Origin: a candidate division WOR-3 bacterium
GTDB taxonomy: Bacteria; SDB-A
Direction of reading: 5' to 3'
DNA: 64,000 bases
Assembly: GCA_016934535.1 (NCBI GenBank)
Contig: JAFGSQ010000037.1
Coordinates: 1 to 64,000 of the forward strand
Made by a program: the position numbers and the translations under genes. Shown in pieces: positions 29,766 through 40,117 of this stretch; position 1 is the stretch's first letter, and each line of letters starts with the position of its first letter. Under the pieces are notes generated by a model. The model worked only from the letters and a program-made list of their open reading frames with translations, ran no database searches and was not told the origin of the DNA.

Positions 29766-30663
29766 AATTATTTATATTATCCTCTCAATTCTCGACTCTC
29801 ATAACGTTTCCTGCCTGGAATATGAATCCGGTGCAGTTTACGCCGGTACTTTGGGAGGCGGGCTTTACATTATTGAAACGGAAGATTTTCTTGTCAGAAA
29901 ATTGCCGGATTCCTGTCTGCCTTGTCCGTATGTCTCATCAGTCTACAAGCGTGGAAATATTTTTCTTGTGGGCACATATAACGGATTTACAGCCTTGAGC
30001 GAAGACGGCACCTGCCTGTTTTCGTACGTCTCCGCAGATCATTACGAGAGATTCGTGACGTCTATCGAACGATTCGGCGATCGCACGGTTCTCGGAACTT
30101 CGTCGGGAATTGTGGTTCTTGGAAACGGATCCGTTTTTAAAAGACCTGTGACTTCGCCGGTTTCCTGCATGGTTATAGCCGGTGATTCCCTTTTAATAGG
30201 CGCTATGGACGGAATCTACGTGATGAGAGAGGATTATGAATCCGAAAAGATTTCTGTCAACGGTTCATTTTTCAATCATCCGGTCAGATCTATTCTCGTC
30301 GACAGCGGATGGATATGGACAGGTCTCGAAGACGTTTACGAAGGATATTCACCTGGCGGGTTGTATCTTGTGGGGGGGCCAAATCTTTTTTTCAGATTGG
30401 ATGTTTTGACCGGATTAAGGTACTACGGAGTCCGGGCACTCTGCATGGTCGGAGACTCACTGCTTGTAGCGACTTATGAAAATTCAACCGGATCCGGATT
30501 CGGAGCCCTGCAGATATTGTACGCGGGAAAGATCGAAGAATTCGAATCGCCGGGTATCGGATCATCTTTCAACAGAGCGGTGAACGATATTCTCTACATA
30601 AAGGAAAGAAAAGAGATCTGGATTGCTACGTCCAGAGGGATTGAGATAGTAAAAACGGAATAG
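29758..30663 (+). CDS. Beta-propeller protein, probably exported
   Basis: Repeated blades VYAGTLGGGLY, FLVGTYNGF, LLIGAMDGIY, IWIATSRGI. Confidence 0.7.
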   Translation: MFEIIYIILSILDSHNVSCLEYESGAVYAGTLGGGLYIIETEDFLVRKLPDSCLPCPYVSSVYKRGNIFLVGTYNGFTALSEDGTCLFSYVSADHYERFVTSIERFGDRTVLGTSSGIVVLGNGSVFKRPVTSPVSCMVIAGDSLLIGAMDGIYVMREDYESEKISVNGSFFNHPVRSILVDSGWIWTGLEDVYEGYSPGGLYLVGGPNLFFRLDVLTGLRYYGVRALCMVGDSLLVATYENSTGSGFGALQILYAGKIEEFESPGIGSSFNRAVNDILYIKERKEIWIATSRGIEIVKTE

Positions 30664-30669
30664 GTTTGT

Positions 30670-31914
30670 TTGAAGTATATTGAAATCAAAAAACTGATAG
30701 ACGGTCTCGAAAACCGCGAAAAAGGTATGATGAGGTATTTCGAGCCCAATTTGACCGGGCTCAGGAATGTCGCCGCTTCTATGAGCATGAGAAAAAGAAA
30801 AACGGTCAAAGTTGTCGGCACCAACGGCAAAGGTTCAGTCTGCGCTATTTTGACGTCAATTCTCGCTGAAAGCGGACTTAAAACAGTCACTTTCACTTCT
30901 CCTCATCTCGTCAATGAACTGGAGAGGATTAGAATAAATGGAACCGACGTCCCCGAGGAGATTTTTTATCCGGCGATTTCAAAGGTCTTCAGATACGCCG
31001 GCAAGTTTCTCACTTATTTCGAGGCGATGTTTTTAACAGCCCTGACAGTAGCTGAAGATGAAGACGCAGACGTTCTGATACTCGAGGCGGGGATGGGAGG
31101 TAAATTAGACGCTACTAACGCAGTTGAATGCGACGTGTTTTGCTGTACGTCAATTTCCATCGATCACTCTGATGTTCTCGGAGAGACAGTATTTCAGATA
31201 GCACTGGACAAGGCCGGCGGAATGAGCCCCGGTTGTGACGTAGTGTTAGATCTCAAAAAGCCATTGAGAGATCTGTTCGAGCTCCGGGCTTCCCTGAACG
31301 GATCGAGATTTTTTCCGGCGGACGATCTGATAGAAAAAGTGTCAGGGCGCTGTTCCGGCGAAGGAATCCTTTTCAATTGTCGAAATTTCGGAGAAGTATT
31401 TGTTCCCCTCAAAGGCATGTTTCAGATAGAAAATATCAAATTAGCCCTGGCGATAATAGAAAGACTGAAAAGCGAATTTAAAATCGAAACCCGTCATGTG
31501 CTGATAGGCGCTGAAAAAACAGTTCATTTAGGGCGGCTTCATTATGTAGGTCGAAATCCCCTGAAGATTATAGACGGAAGCCACAACGTCAATGGTGTGC
31601 GCGAAACCGTGAAATTTCTTTCGGATACACACGGGGGCTTGAAATTTTCAGTTTTTTTTTCGGCCATGAGGGACAAGGATTATCTTGGAATGATAGAAGC
31701 ACTCGATTCTGTAGCCGGAGTGTTTTACGCATCTGGAATAACAGACAGAATTCTTAAAAAACAGGAATATGAGGAGGCTTTTAACAGGATTGGTCGCAAG
31801 TTCAATTATCTGGAAAGAGATGAATTCATTACGGAATTTATAAAAAACAAAGATGACAGCATAGCGGTCGGAAGCCTTAGAACGGCCGGCGAAATTCTTA
31901 AAGCGTTGACATAA
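30670..31914 (+). CDS. folC: Dihydrofolate/folylpolyglutamate synthase
   Basis: VGTNGKGS, FTSPHL, ERIRING, LEAGMGGKLDATN, IDGSHN. Confidence 0.92.
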   Translation: MKYIEIKKLIDGLENREKGMMRYFEPNLTGLRNVAASMSMRKRKTVKVVGTNGKGSVCAILTSILAESGLKTVTFTSPHLVNELERIRINGTDVPEEIFYPAISKVFRYAGKFLTYFEAMFLTALTVAEDEDADVLILEAGMGGKLDATNAVECDVFCCTSISIDHSDVLGETVFQIALDKAGGMSPGCDVVLDLKKPLRDLFELRASLNGSRFFPADDLIEKVSGRCSGEGILFNCRNFGEVFVPLKGMFQIENIKLALAIIERLKSEFKIETRHVLIGAEKTVHLGRLHYVGRNPLKIIDGSHNVNGVRETVKFLSDTHGGLKFSVFFSAMRDKDYLGMIEALDSVAGVFYASGITDRILKKQEYEEAFNRIGRKFNYLERDEFITEFIKNKDDSIAVGSLRTAGEILKALT

Positions 31915-31940
31915 AATAGCAATGGTGATAACTCTAAACT

Positions 31941-32159
31941 ATGGAAAAATCAAAGAGCGTGTCTTTTGAGAAGATGATGTCGAGGATAGGCGAGATTGTC
32001 GACTCTCTGGAAGACCCGAATTTGCCTCTGGAAAAGTCTATTGATCTCTACGAAGAAGGCATGAAGCTCATAAAAAAGACCCGATCGTATCTTTTTGAAG
32101 CCGAAAAGAGGATCAAAATAATTACCGAAGAAGATAAGATCGAGGAAGCGGATATTTGA
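31941..32159 (+). CDS. xseB: Exodeoxyribonuclease VII small subunit
   Basis: SFEKMM.RIGEIVDSLE..LPLEKSIDLYEEG..L..AEKRI; precedes ispA. Confidence 0.92.
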   Translation: MEKSKSVSFEKMMSRIGEIVDSLEDPNLPLEKSIDLYEEGMKLIKKTRSYLFEAEKRIKIITEEDKIEEADI

Positions 32160-33037
32160 TCTCAGTGGAAAACCGGCTAAAAGAGAACAGGGGACTGGTC
32201 GAAAAGTGGCTGAATGAGAACTTGCCCCAAAAATCCGATTTTCCCGAGATCATACACGAAGCGGTAAGATACTCGGTCCTCGGAGCAGGCAAATATCTGA
32301 GGTCATATCTCGTTCTCGAAGCTTGCAGAGTGTCCGGCGGCAAAGAAATAAACGCCCTTCCGGTCGCCGGAGCCATAGAGATGCTTCATTCGTACAGTCT
32401 TATTCATGACGACCTGCCGGCGATGGACGACGACGATCTGAGAAGGGGAAAGCCGACCTCTCACAAAAAATTCGGCGAGGACATAGCCGTTTTGGCCGGT
32501 GACGCCCTTTGCACTTACGCTTGGCAGGTTATAGCGGATTCAACACCTCCTGAAGTCTGCTCGGAAGTCGTCAAAGTGTTGGGAAAAGCGGTCGGCACAA
32601 AAGGAATGATAGGCGGACAGGTTGCCGATATGCACTGGCACCGGATGACTTTCAAAAAACAAAAAATGCTGAGATACATCCACAGACACAAAACGGCGGC
32701 TCTCATTTCGGCTTCTTTAACATGCGGTTCCGTTTGTGCCGGTGCCGACAAGGTTTTAACAGGTAAATTTGAAAGAGCCGGCATACTTCTCGGCATGGAA
32801 TTTCAGATTGTCGACGATATTCTCGATGAAACGGGCGATGAGAAAAAAATGGGTAAAAAACTGAAAAAAGATTCTTCGAGCAACAAACTCACTTATCCTA
32901 ACTTTTACGGTTTGAAGACTTCGAGGTTTTTAGCCGAAAATTACGCAAAAAGAGCCGAGAAGATTTTTTCGAAGATGGGCGAAAAAACCTCCGATTTGAT
33001 TGAATTGACTCATTTCATACTGGAAAGATCAAACTGA
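32156..33037 (+). CDS. ispA: Farnesyl/geranylgeranyl diphosphate synthase
   Basis: HSYSLIHDDLPAMDDDDLRRGKPT, FQIVDDILD. Confidence 0.95.
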   Translation: MISVENRLKENRGLVEKWLNENLPQKSDFPEIIHEAVRYSVLGAGKYLRSYLVLEACRVSGGKEINALPVAGAIEMLHSYSLIHDDLPAMDDDDLRRGKPTSHKKFGEDIAVLAGDALCTYAWQVIADSTPPEVCSEVVKVLGKAVGTKGMIGGQVADMHWHRMTFKKQKMLRYIHRHKTAALISASLTCGSVCAGADKVLTGKFERAGILLGMEFQIVDDILDETGDEKKMGKKLKKDSSSNKLTYPNFYGLKTSRFLAENYAKRAEKIFSKMGEKTSDLIELTHFILERSN

Positions 33038-33510
33038 TGGAAATCCCTCGCAACGGAATTAGCATTGTACTCATAACTTTGTTTTCGGGATCTCTGGTTC
33101 AGACTGTTAAAGTTATAATAGGTGTTCTGGGAGATTACAGAAAATATAAAAAATTCATTCTCGGAAAAAACATAAAGAGAATAAACGAACCCGGCGGTAT
33201 GCCTTCTTCACACTCTTCTTCAGTAATCACGCTGTCGTTTTTAGTCGGTTACTGGAACGGATTCACGAGTTTGCTTTTCGGCATAACACTCTTCTTTTCT
33301 CTAATAGTCATATACGACGCCGCAGGAGTCAGGCGTTCAGTCGGAAGACAGGCGCAAATCCTCAACAATATAATAGATGAAATGAACAGACTGGGTCATA
33401 TGAAAGCCGGCAGGCTTAAAGAACTCCTCGGCCACACGGCTTTCGAGGTCTTTATCGGCTCTTTGATAGGTTTTGTCATCGCTTGGTTTTTCGGGAGGTT
33501 CCTTTCATGA
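33037..33510 (+). CDS. Divergent PAP2 family protein (DUF212)
   Basis: GGMPSSHS, YDAAGVRR..G.QA, LKELLGHT. Confidence 0.92.
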   Translation: MEIPRNGISIVLITLFSGSLVQTVKVIIGVLGDYRKYKKFILGKNIKRINEPGGMPSSHSSSVITLSFLVGYWNGFTSLLFGITLFFSLIVIYDAAGVRRSVGRQAQILNNIIDEMNRLGHMKAGRLKELLGHTAFEVFIGSLIGFVIAWFFGRFLS

Positions 33511-35402
33511 AAACTAAAGAAAATCAATTTCTTTCAGGGATAAACTGTCCCGGCGATGTGAAAAAACTTTCAAACGACGAGCTTGCTGTCCTGGCGGATG
33601 AACTGAGGAAATTTATTATTGATGTCGTCGCAAAGAATGGAGGCCATCTCGCTTCAAACCTCGGCGCCATAGAACTCACCCTGGCAATGCTCAGCGTTTT
33701 TGACGTGACTCGGGACAAGATAATATGGGACGTCGGGCATCAGTGTTATGCATATAAGATTCTGACAGAGAGGAAACATCTGTTTCATACAATCAGACAG
33801 TTCGGAGGGATTAGCGGGTTTCCCAAAATCAGTGAAAGTCCTTACGACGCATACGGCACGGGTCACGCCTCTACCTCGATATCCTCAGCCGTCGGAATGG
33901 CCGTCGCCAGAGACGCTCTGTCTCAGAAACATGAAGTCATAGCGGTAATAGGCGACGGGGCTCTCACGGGAGGACTCGCCTGGGAGGGCTTGAATCACGC
34001 CAGCAGTTTCAGGGGTGACATAACAATCGTAATAAACGACAACGGAATGTCGATAAGTGAAAATGTCGGAATGATCTCGGAATATCTCAACAAACTTGTC
34101 ACTGCGCCCGTATACAACAGGATGAGGGACGACGTATGGGAGCTTCTCGGACTTTTGCCTTCCTTTCTCAGCAAAAGGGCGAGGGATGTTGCAAGAAGGG
34201 TAGAGGAAGGTTTTAAAAACCTTCTGATTCCTACGATTCTTTTCGAAGAGCTCGGTTTCAGGTACATAGGCCCGGTCAACGGTCACGACATTAAATCCCT
34301 CATCGATGTTTTTAAAGGAGTCAAAAGGCTTAAAGGACCCAAAGTCGTCCACGTACTCACTCAAAAAGGCCGGGGTTACGATAAGGCGGAGAATGACCCC
34401 GAGGTGTTTCACGGTATAGGACCTGTCAAAAAATCCTGTGACGAAACGGATCCCCATAAAAATGCGGTTTCGTGGACGGACGAAGTATCGGATTTGCTTA
34501 TCGAACGAGCCGAAAAAGATCCGTCAATAGTAGCAATAACGGCGGCCATGCCTCTGGGAACAGGACTGGACAAGTTTTGCAGACAGTTTCCGGAAAGGTT
34601 TTTCGACGTCGGCATTGCCGAAGCACACGCGTCGGTTTTTGCCGCGGGCATGGCGGCTAAAGGCTTGAAGCCTGCTATCGCTCTGTATTCATCTTTTCTT
34701 CAGAGGGCTTTCGATCCGGTCATTCATGACATAGCTTTGCAGGGATTGCCCGTTTCTTTTTTCATTGACAGGGCAGGATTTGTCGGAGAAGACGGCCCGA
34801 CTCATCACGGTTTGTTCGATATCGGCTTTCTTTTGTCGGTACCCGGTATAGTGTTCATGTCGCCTGCCGACGGAAACGACTTAAAGCAAATGATGGACGT
34901 CTCTTTTGAATGCGGAAAACCGACTGTTTTGAGATATCCGAGAGACAAGATGAGAGATGGTCTTGAAGGATTTTCGCCCGAGAAGGTCGAGATCGGAAAA
35001 CCTTCTTTTCTCGAAGGAGACTGCTCTCTAGCGATAGTGGGAGTTGGAACGTGCGTATACACAGCCGTTGAAGTGAGGGAGATGATGAGCGCCAACGACG
35101 GACTGACACCATGGGTAGTGAACGCGCGTTTCATAAAACCGGTCTCCGGCGAACTCGTAGATTTCCTGAAAGACAAAAAGGCAGTTATCTGTATCGAAGA
35201 GGGTTCAAAAATAAACGGATTCGGGGCTTTCCTCTCTTTGTCACTCGCTGAAAGCGGATTCTCCGGAAAGTTTTATTCGGCGGGAGTCGAAGACAGTTTT
35301 CAGCCGCACGGTTCGAGAGACGTTCTCATCAGACGTGCCGGTCTTGACGCCCGGAGTATTTATGAAAGAACTGCCGACCTTGCGGCCGGTATCAAGAGTT
35401 GA
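33507..35402 (+). CDS. dxs: 1-deoxy-D-xylulose-5-phosphate synthase
   Basis: GGHLASNLG, WDVGHQ, GDGALTGG, DVGIAE, DGPTHHG; ATGA overlap at 33507. Confidence 0.97.
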   Translation: MKTKENQFLSGINCPGDVKKLSNDELAVLADELRKFIIDVVAKNGGHLASNLGAIELTLAMLSVFDVTRDKIIWDVGHQCYAYKILTERKHLFHTIRQFGGISGFPKISESPYDAYGTGHASTSISSAVGMAVARDALSQKHEVIAVIGDGALTGGLAWEGLNHASSFRGDITIVINDNGMSISENVGMISEYLNKLVTAPVYNRMRDDVWELLGLLPSFLSKRARDVARRVEEGFKNLLIPTILFEELGFRYIGPVNGHDIKSLIDVFKGVKRLKGPKVVHVLTQKGRGYDKAENDPEVFHGIGPVKKSCDETDPHKNAVSWTDEVSDLLIERAEKDPSIVAITAAMPLGTGLDKFCRQFPERFFDVGIAEAHASVFAAGMAAKGLKPAIALYSSFLQRAFDPVIHDIALQGLPVSFFIDRAGFVGEDGPTHHGLFDIGFLLSVPGIVFMSPADGNDLKQMMDVSFECGKPTVLRYPRDKMRDGLEGFSPEKVEIGKPSFLEGDCSLAIVGVGTCVYTAVEVREMMSANDGLTPWVVNARFIKPVSGELVDFLKDKKAVICIEEGSKINGFGAFLSLSLAESGFSGKFYSAGVEDSFQPHGSRDVLIRRAGLDARSIYERTADLAAGIKS

Positions 35403-37474
35403 TGAATTTTAAAAAACCGCCTGAAAAAATCCATTATTATCTCTTTTTATACGCTCTTATGTTTTTGTCGCTTTTTTTTTCCTCGAACGGTACTTTTTAC
35501 GACCTCGGCATGAGAGTTTTCAACAGGATCGGGATTGTTCTTCTTTTGATTGTCTGCTCCGGATTCATAATAATGCTATTTGTCAGGACTCAAAAGAACT
35601 TTTTTAAGGCGATTACATTTCACGGCATCGCCACTCTTGTTTCAACTTTTGTTATGCTCGTTCAGCTTTCCGGAGGAGTACTCTGGGGTTTTTATTTTCC
35701 TTTGATGGTTCTCATTTCGTTCCGTTCGGAAAAGAAAAAAGCTTTGGCAGGTTTCTCGGTAATAGCTTTTGCCGAAATATCTTCGTCTGTGTTTTCAAAT
35801 TCCGGCAACAACTTCGGACAAGATTACAATCCTCTTTCCCTTAGGCTCATTCAGTTGGTGTGTCTTTTCGCAACTGTCGAACTTTTTCACAGGATTTTCG
35901 TTTTCAGAAAACCTTCTGTCAGGCAAAGAGAGGCTGAATCTGCTTTCCTGCCTCCGCTTGAAAGAATAATTCCGTCAAAAAAGATTATATCCCGCAATGT
36001 CTCCAACATTCTCGGAGTGATTTTCAGCAATCCGAATGTCCGAACGGTTGTTTTGCTGTTCATTGAGAACTCGATCGAAGGAACTGTTTTTAAAATTTTT
36101 GATTTCAGGTCTTCGGCTGCGGATTTCATCGATGCTTCAAAATACGTGAAATATTCCGGCAGTCTTCTTTCAATTGCGGCTCGAGAGCCGAAATATTTTT
36201 TGTCGCGCAATTTTACCGGAGCCGCTTTTAATCTGGGTTACTACACGGACGATGTGGCGGTTAAATCCTTCTGCGCCTCTCCCGTCAGGATCGGCGAGGA
36301 AACGGTCGGTTTGCTTTGTGTAGACAGTGATGTTCAAGAAGCCTTTTCCGAAGAGACGGCTTTCGACGTTCACAGGTATTCCCTGATTCTTTCAGAAATC
36401 ATTCAGATATCTTCTCACCTCGAAAAGAAAGAGATAGCTTCAACATTTCTTGAAATAATAAACGACCTGGCGGACAAATTCGTGCGTTCAATTTATTTCA
36501 AGGACGTCATAGAGATATTCACAGTCAAACTCAGGGAGACTTTCAATTATGAAGATTTCCTCATAGTCCTGGTCGATAAATACTCAGTCGTCACTCACAC
36601 CAAATCCGGCAACAATATTTTTTTTTGCGACAGATTGGGAACCGATTTCTCGCTGAGCCCGAGATCGATAGCCAGGCTGGTCATAAAAAAGAACATCAGT
36701 TTGAATGAGACTAATTTTCAAAAAAACACTTCGGTTTCGAGATTCATCCTTCACCCTGATGACGGCAGTGTCAACGTGATGTCCTTTTTGGCCGCTCCGG
36801 TGCCTTCGAAGGAAGAACCGTGCGGTGCAGTGTTTTTGATGAGTAATTATTTAAACAACTACGAAAAAAAGGATTCCGAACTTCTCGAAGTGTTCGCACG
36901 CCTTCTTGGAGCGGCGATTTCGAGAGCTAAATTGTACGAAGAGAAAGAAAGGCTTTCTCTCAAAGACGGCTTGACAGGGCTTTACAATCACAGGTATTTT
37001 CAGGAACTCCTGGACGAAGAGATTTCAAGATGCAGCAGAACCACTTCGTCGTTAAGTCTCCTGATCATGGATATTGATTTTTTCAAGAAAATCAACGACG
37101 CTTTCGGACACAGGACGGGAGACACGGTACTGACGGGAATATCTTCTTATCTCGCAAATTCAGTCAGGAAATTTGATTCAGTCGCCCGCTACGGAGGTGA
37201 AGAATTGACGGTGATACTTCCCGAATGCCCCTACAAGGAAGCGGTCATGATATCTGAAAAGCTGAGACAAGGCATAGAGAGTCTCGAATGGCAGGATCAA
37301 AACGGAGTACCTTTCAAAGTGACGGTGTCAATAGGAGTCAGTTCATATCCTCTGAGGGCTCAGACAAAGGAAGATTTAATTGAAGACGCCGACGAGTCTT
37401 TATACTCCGCGAAAGAAGGCGGCCGGAATTCGACGGCTTACGCACAAAAGATATACAATATAAACATAACTTAA
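35399..37474 (+). CDS. Membrane-bound diguanylate cyclase with two GAF domains
   Basis: About 5 N-terminal TMs, GAF-like regions, DGLTGLYN, DIDFFKKIND.FGH, RKFD I-site plus GGEEL. Confidence 0.92.
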   Translation: MMNFKKPPEKIHYYLFLYALMFLSLFFSSNGTFYDLGMRVFNRIGIVLLLIVCSGFIIMLFVRTQKNFFKAITFHGIATLVSTFVMLVQLSGGVLWGFYFPLMVLISFRSEKKKALAGFSVIAFAEISSSVFSNSGNNFGQDYNPLSLRLIQLVCLFATVELFHRIFVFRKPSVRQREAESAFLPPLERIIPSKKIISRNVSNILGVIFSNPNVRTVVLLFIENSIEGTVFKIFDFRSSAADFIDASKYVKYSGSLLSIAAREPKYFLSRNFTGAAFNLGYYTDDVAVKSFCASPVRIGEETVGLLCVDSDVQEAFSEETAFDVHRYSLILSEIIQISSHLEKKEIASTFLEIINDLADKFVRSIYFKDVIEIFTVKLRETFNYEDFLIVLVDKYSVVTHTKSGNNIFFCDRLGTDFSLSPRSIARLVIKKNISLNETNFQKNTSVSRFILHPDDGSVNVMSFLAAPVPSKEEPCGAVFLMSNYLNNYEKKDSELLEVFARLLGAAISRAKLYEEKERLSLKDGLTGLYNHRYFQELLDEEISRCSRTTSSLSLLIMDIDFFKKINDAFGHRTGDTVLTGISSYLANSVRKFDSVARYGGEELTVILPECPYKEAVMISEKLRQGIESLEWQDQNGVPFKVTVSIGVSSYPLRAQTKEDLIEDADESLYSAKEGGRNSTAYAQKIYNINIT

Positions 37475-37486
37475 TGTGAGGTGAAA

Positions 37487-38167
37487 ATGAAAAAAATCTT
37501 TATCGGTCCTGTTTTTTTGCTGGTTTTTATTCTCGGCTTTGCCGCGGGATTCGTATTTTCCGCCGTCAGATTCAATTCCTCAAAAAACGTTGTCCCCATG
37601 AATGTCGGCAGCGCCCTGCCAGTCAAAGCTGAACAGGTTATTTCAGGCCTCAAGAGTTATTTGTCACAGTGGAAAGGAAGACTCGAGATATTGTCGCAAG
37701 GAGATTTACAAGACAGCCTTATAATAGTCTCTCTATATGATGTCGATCCGGTCAACGTGAAAGGACTAATGATTTCTGATTCATCTTCGAAGCGTTATTA
37801 TCCGCCCGAAATCGAATTTGAGGCCGACAAAGGTGATTTTGGGTTCAATTTCAGCCTCGAACCATTCTACGTGGTTTACTCTTCGGAAAGGACGATCGCC
37901 GTTCTGTTGGATCAGAGTGTTCTCGAGAAGAGAGTCGCGCTTCAGGCGATGTCCAGCTCAGCGACGCCGTTTACAACTGTTTTGTTTTCCGGAGAAAAAC
38001 AGGTCTTTTCCAGTGACGAAGCTTTTACCGCGCCATACGACACTTTGTATGCCTTTACAGACACAGGAAGCGTTTGGACTGACGGTACGATAGAAAAATA
38101 CTGGAAAAAATTCCAGATTGAAAATGTCTTTCTGACAATAGTGATTCACTACGGAAAAGATTTGTAA
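37487..38167 (+). CDS. Membrane-anchored hypothetical protein (possibly Cache-like)
   Basis: SD GAGGTG; single N-terminal TM then a soluble alpha/beta domain. Confidence 0.7.
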   Translation: MKKIFIGPVFLLVFILGFAAGFVFSAVRFNSSKNVVPMNVGSALPVKAEQVISGLKSYLSQWKGRLEILSQGDLQDSLIIVSLYDVDPVNVKGLMISDSSSKRYYPPEIEFEADKGDFGFNFSLEPFYVVYSSERTIAVLLDQSVLEKRVALQAMSSSATPFTTVLFSGEKQVFSSDEAFTAPYDTLYAFTDTGSVWTDGTIEKYWKKFQIENVFLTIVIHYGKDL

Positions 38168-38169
38168 AT

Positions 38170-38928
38170 ATGAAAGCTTATCACATAAAACTTTCCGAGA
38201 AAGATATCGGCGGTGTCAAGACGGCTCTTCTCCCCGGAGATCCCATGAGAGTCGAAAAAATCGCTTCTCTTGCCGGAAAAAATAATTTCAAAAAACTTAC
38301 CAGCAACAGAGAATTCTTTAGTGCACTTTGCACGGTTCAGAATATTCCCATTCTCGTGATATCTACAGGAATCGGCTGTCCTTCATTGGCCATCGCCGTG
38401 GAAGAACTGGCCCATTTGGGAATTGAGAACTTCATTAGAGTAGGAACGACCGGAGCGATCCAGCCGGGCATACTTCCGGGGGACTTAATAGTAAGCACTG
38501 CGGCCGTGAGGCTCGATGGCACTTCAGGACACTACGCTCCGATGTCATATCCCGCTGTCGCTTCTTATGACATCGTCAACGCTCTTGTAAGATCGGCAAA
38601 AAAATTTAAAATCAGGCATCACATCGGAGTGACTGTAACGAGCGACACGTTTTACCCGGGGCAGGAAAGATACGACACTTTTACCGGCCACATAATAAGA
38701 GATTACAGAGGCTCCATGGAGGAATGGAAAAAGCTGAAAGTTCTCAATTATGAAATGGAATCTTCAGCTCTGTTCGTTATGGCAAGCGTTTTCGGTTTAA
38801 AAAGCGGAACCGTCTGCGGAGTAATTGTAAACAGGTCGGAAAATGAGAAACCGGACGACTCTTTTATAGAAAAAGTCGAAAAAGAAACTGGAACTGTAGC
38901 GCTCGAAGCCGCCACAAAGTTAAAATAA
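38170..38928 (+). CDS. udp: Uridine phosphorylase
   Basis: LPGDPMRV, STGIGCPS, RVGTTG, YPGQERYD, NYEME. Confidence 0.95.
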   Translation: MKAYHIKLSEKDIGGVKTALLPGDPMRVEKIASLAGKNNFKKLTSNREFFSALCTVQNIPILVISTGIGCPSLAIAVEELAHLGIENFIRVGTTGAIQPGILPGDLIVSTAAVRLDGTSGHYAPMSYPAVASYDIVNALVRSAKKFKIRHHIGVTVTSDTFYPGQERYDTFTGHIIRDYRGSMEEWKKLKVLNYEMESSALFVMASVFGLKSGTVCGVIVNRSENEKPDDSFIEKVEKETGTVALEAATKLK

Positions 38929-39014
38929 CTTGACATCAGGTCTCTTTAAGTATATATAAAACTGTCAATTAAGCCACTTTATAAGTATACTTGTAGGAAC
39001 GGAGTGATGTATTT

Positions 39015-40070
39015 ATGGCTTTTCAGATAAATAGATTGAGAAAGACATTTTCGAGTATGATGTCCAATGATATGGCCATCGATCTTGGAACAGCCTCCAC
39101 GCTGATTTATATAGAAGGCGAAGGAATCGTTTTAAATCAGCCTTCAGTCATAGCTTACCGTGTCAGTGATAAAAGTATTGTCGCCGTGGGAGACGAAGCA
39201 AAAAGGATGTACGGAAGAACCCCGGGCGGTCTTGAATCCGTGAGGCCGATGAAAGACGGTGTCATAGCCGATTTTTCTCTTGTAGAAGAAATGTTGAGGT
39301 ATTTTATTCATCAACAGCAGAAAAAAGGACTCATGGGTCACCCGAGAGTTCTTGTCTCTGTCCCGACAGGTATAACTGCAGTTGAAAGCAGGGCAGTCAG
39401 GGATTCTGTCGAACACGCAGGAGCGAGAGAAGTCTTTCTCGTATACGAACCGATAGCGGCCGCGATAGGAGTTGACATTGATGTCCTTTCTCCCAGCGCA
39501 AGCATGATCATAGATATTGGCGGCGGAACCACAGAAATAGCGGTTATAGCATTGTCCGGCCTTGTAGCGAAAGGGTCTGCGAGAGTTGGAGGAGACGAGG
39601 TAGACGAATATATACAAAGATGGCTCAAAAATAATTTTCATCTGGACATAGGCCTCAATACAGCAGAGGAGATAAAGAAAAAAATAGGATCAGCTTTTGT
39701 CCTCGACGAAGATAGAGAGATGGAAGTCAGGGGAATGAATTACGACACGGGAATACCCAAAAGCATTAAACTCAGTTCGAGTGATGTCAGGGAAGCAATA
39801 AGAGAGCCTGTGAAAATGATAGTCGCTGCAGTACAGGAAACTCTGAAAAAAACAAAACCGGAACTGAGTTCAGACATAGTTGACAAAGGCATACTCATGA
39901 CCGGAGGGGGCTCCATGCTTTACGGCCTTTCCGCATTGATACAGGAAGAGATAAACATAAGGGTCAGGGTGGCTGACAACCCAATTGAATGCGTAGTCCG
40001 AGGAGCGGGAAAAATACTGGCGAACATGGACAAGTTTGAAAAAGTAATCAAAAAAGGCGACGAAGAATAG
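39015..40070 (+). CDS. mreB: Rod shape-determining protein MreB
   Basis: AIDLGT, RPMKDGVIADF, DIGGGTTE, TGGG. Confidence 0.96.
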   Translation: MAFQINRLRKTFSSMMSNDMAIDLGTASTLIYIEGEGIVLNQPSVIAYRVSDKSIVAVGDEAKRMYGRTPGGLESVRPMKDGVIADFSLVEEMLRYFIHQQQKKGLMGHPRVLVSVPTGITAVESRAVRDSVEHAGAREVFLVYEPIAAAIGVDIDVLSPSASMIIDIGGGTTEIAVIALSGLVAKGSARVGGDEVDEYIQRWLKNNFHLDIGLNTAEEIKKKIGSAFVLDEDREMEVRGMNYDTGIPKSIKLSSSDVREAIREPVKMIVAAVQETLKKTKPELSSDIVDKGILMTGGGSMLYGLSALIQEEINIRVRVADNPIECVVRGAGKILANMDKFEKVIKKGDEE

Positions 40071-40117
40071 ACACTGAAACCCAGTCAAATCATAAGGTTG
40101 ACACTTTCAGCCTTGTA

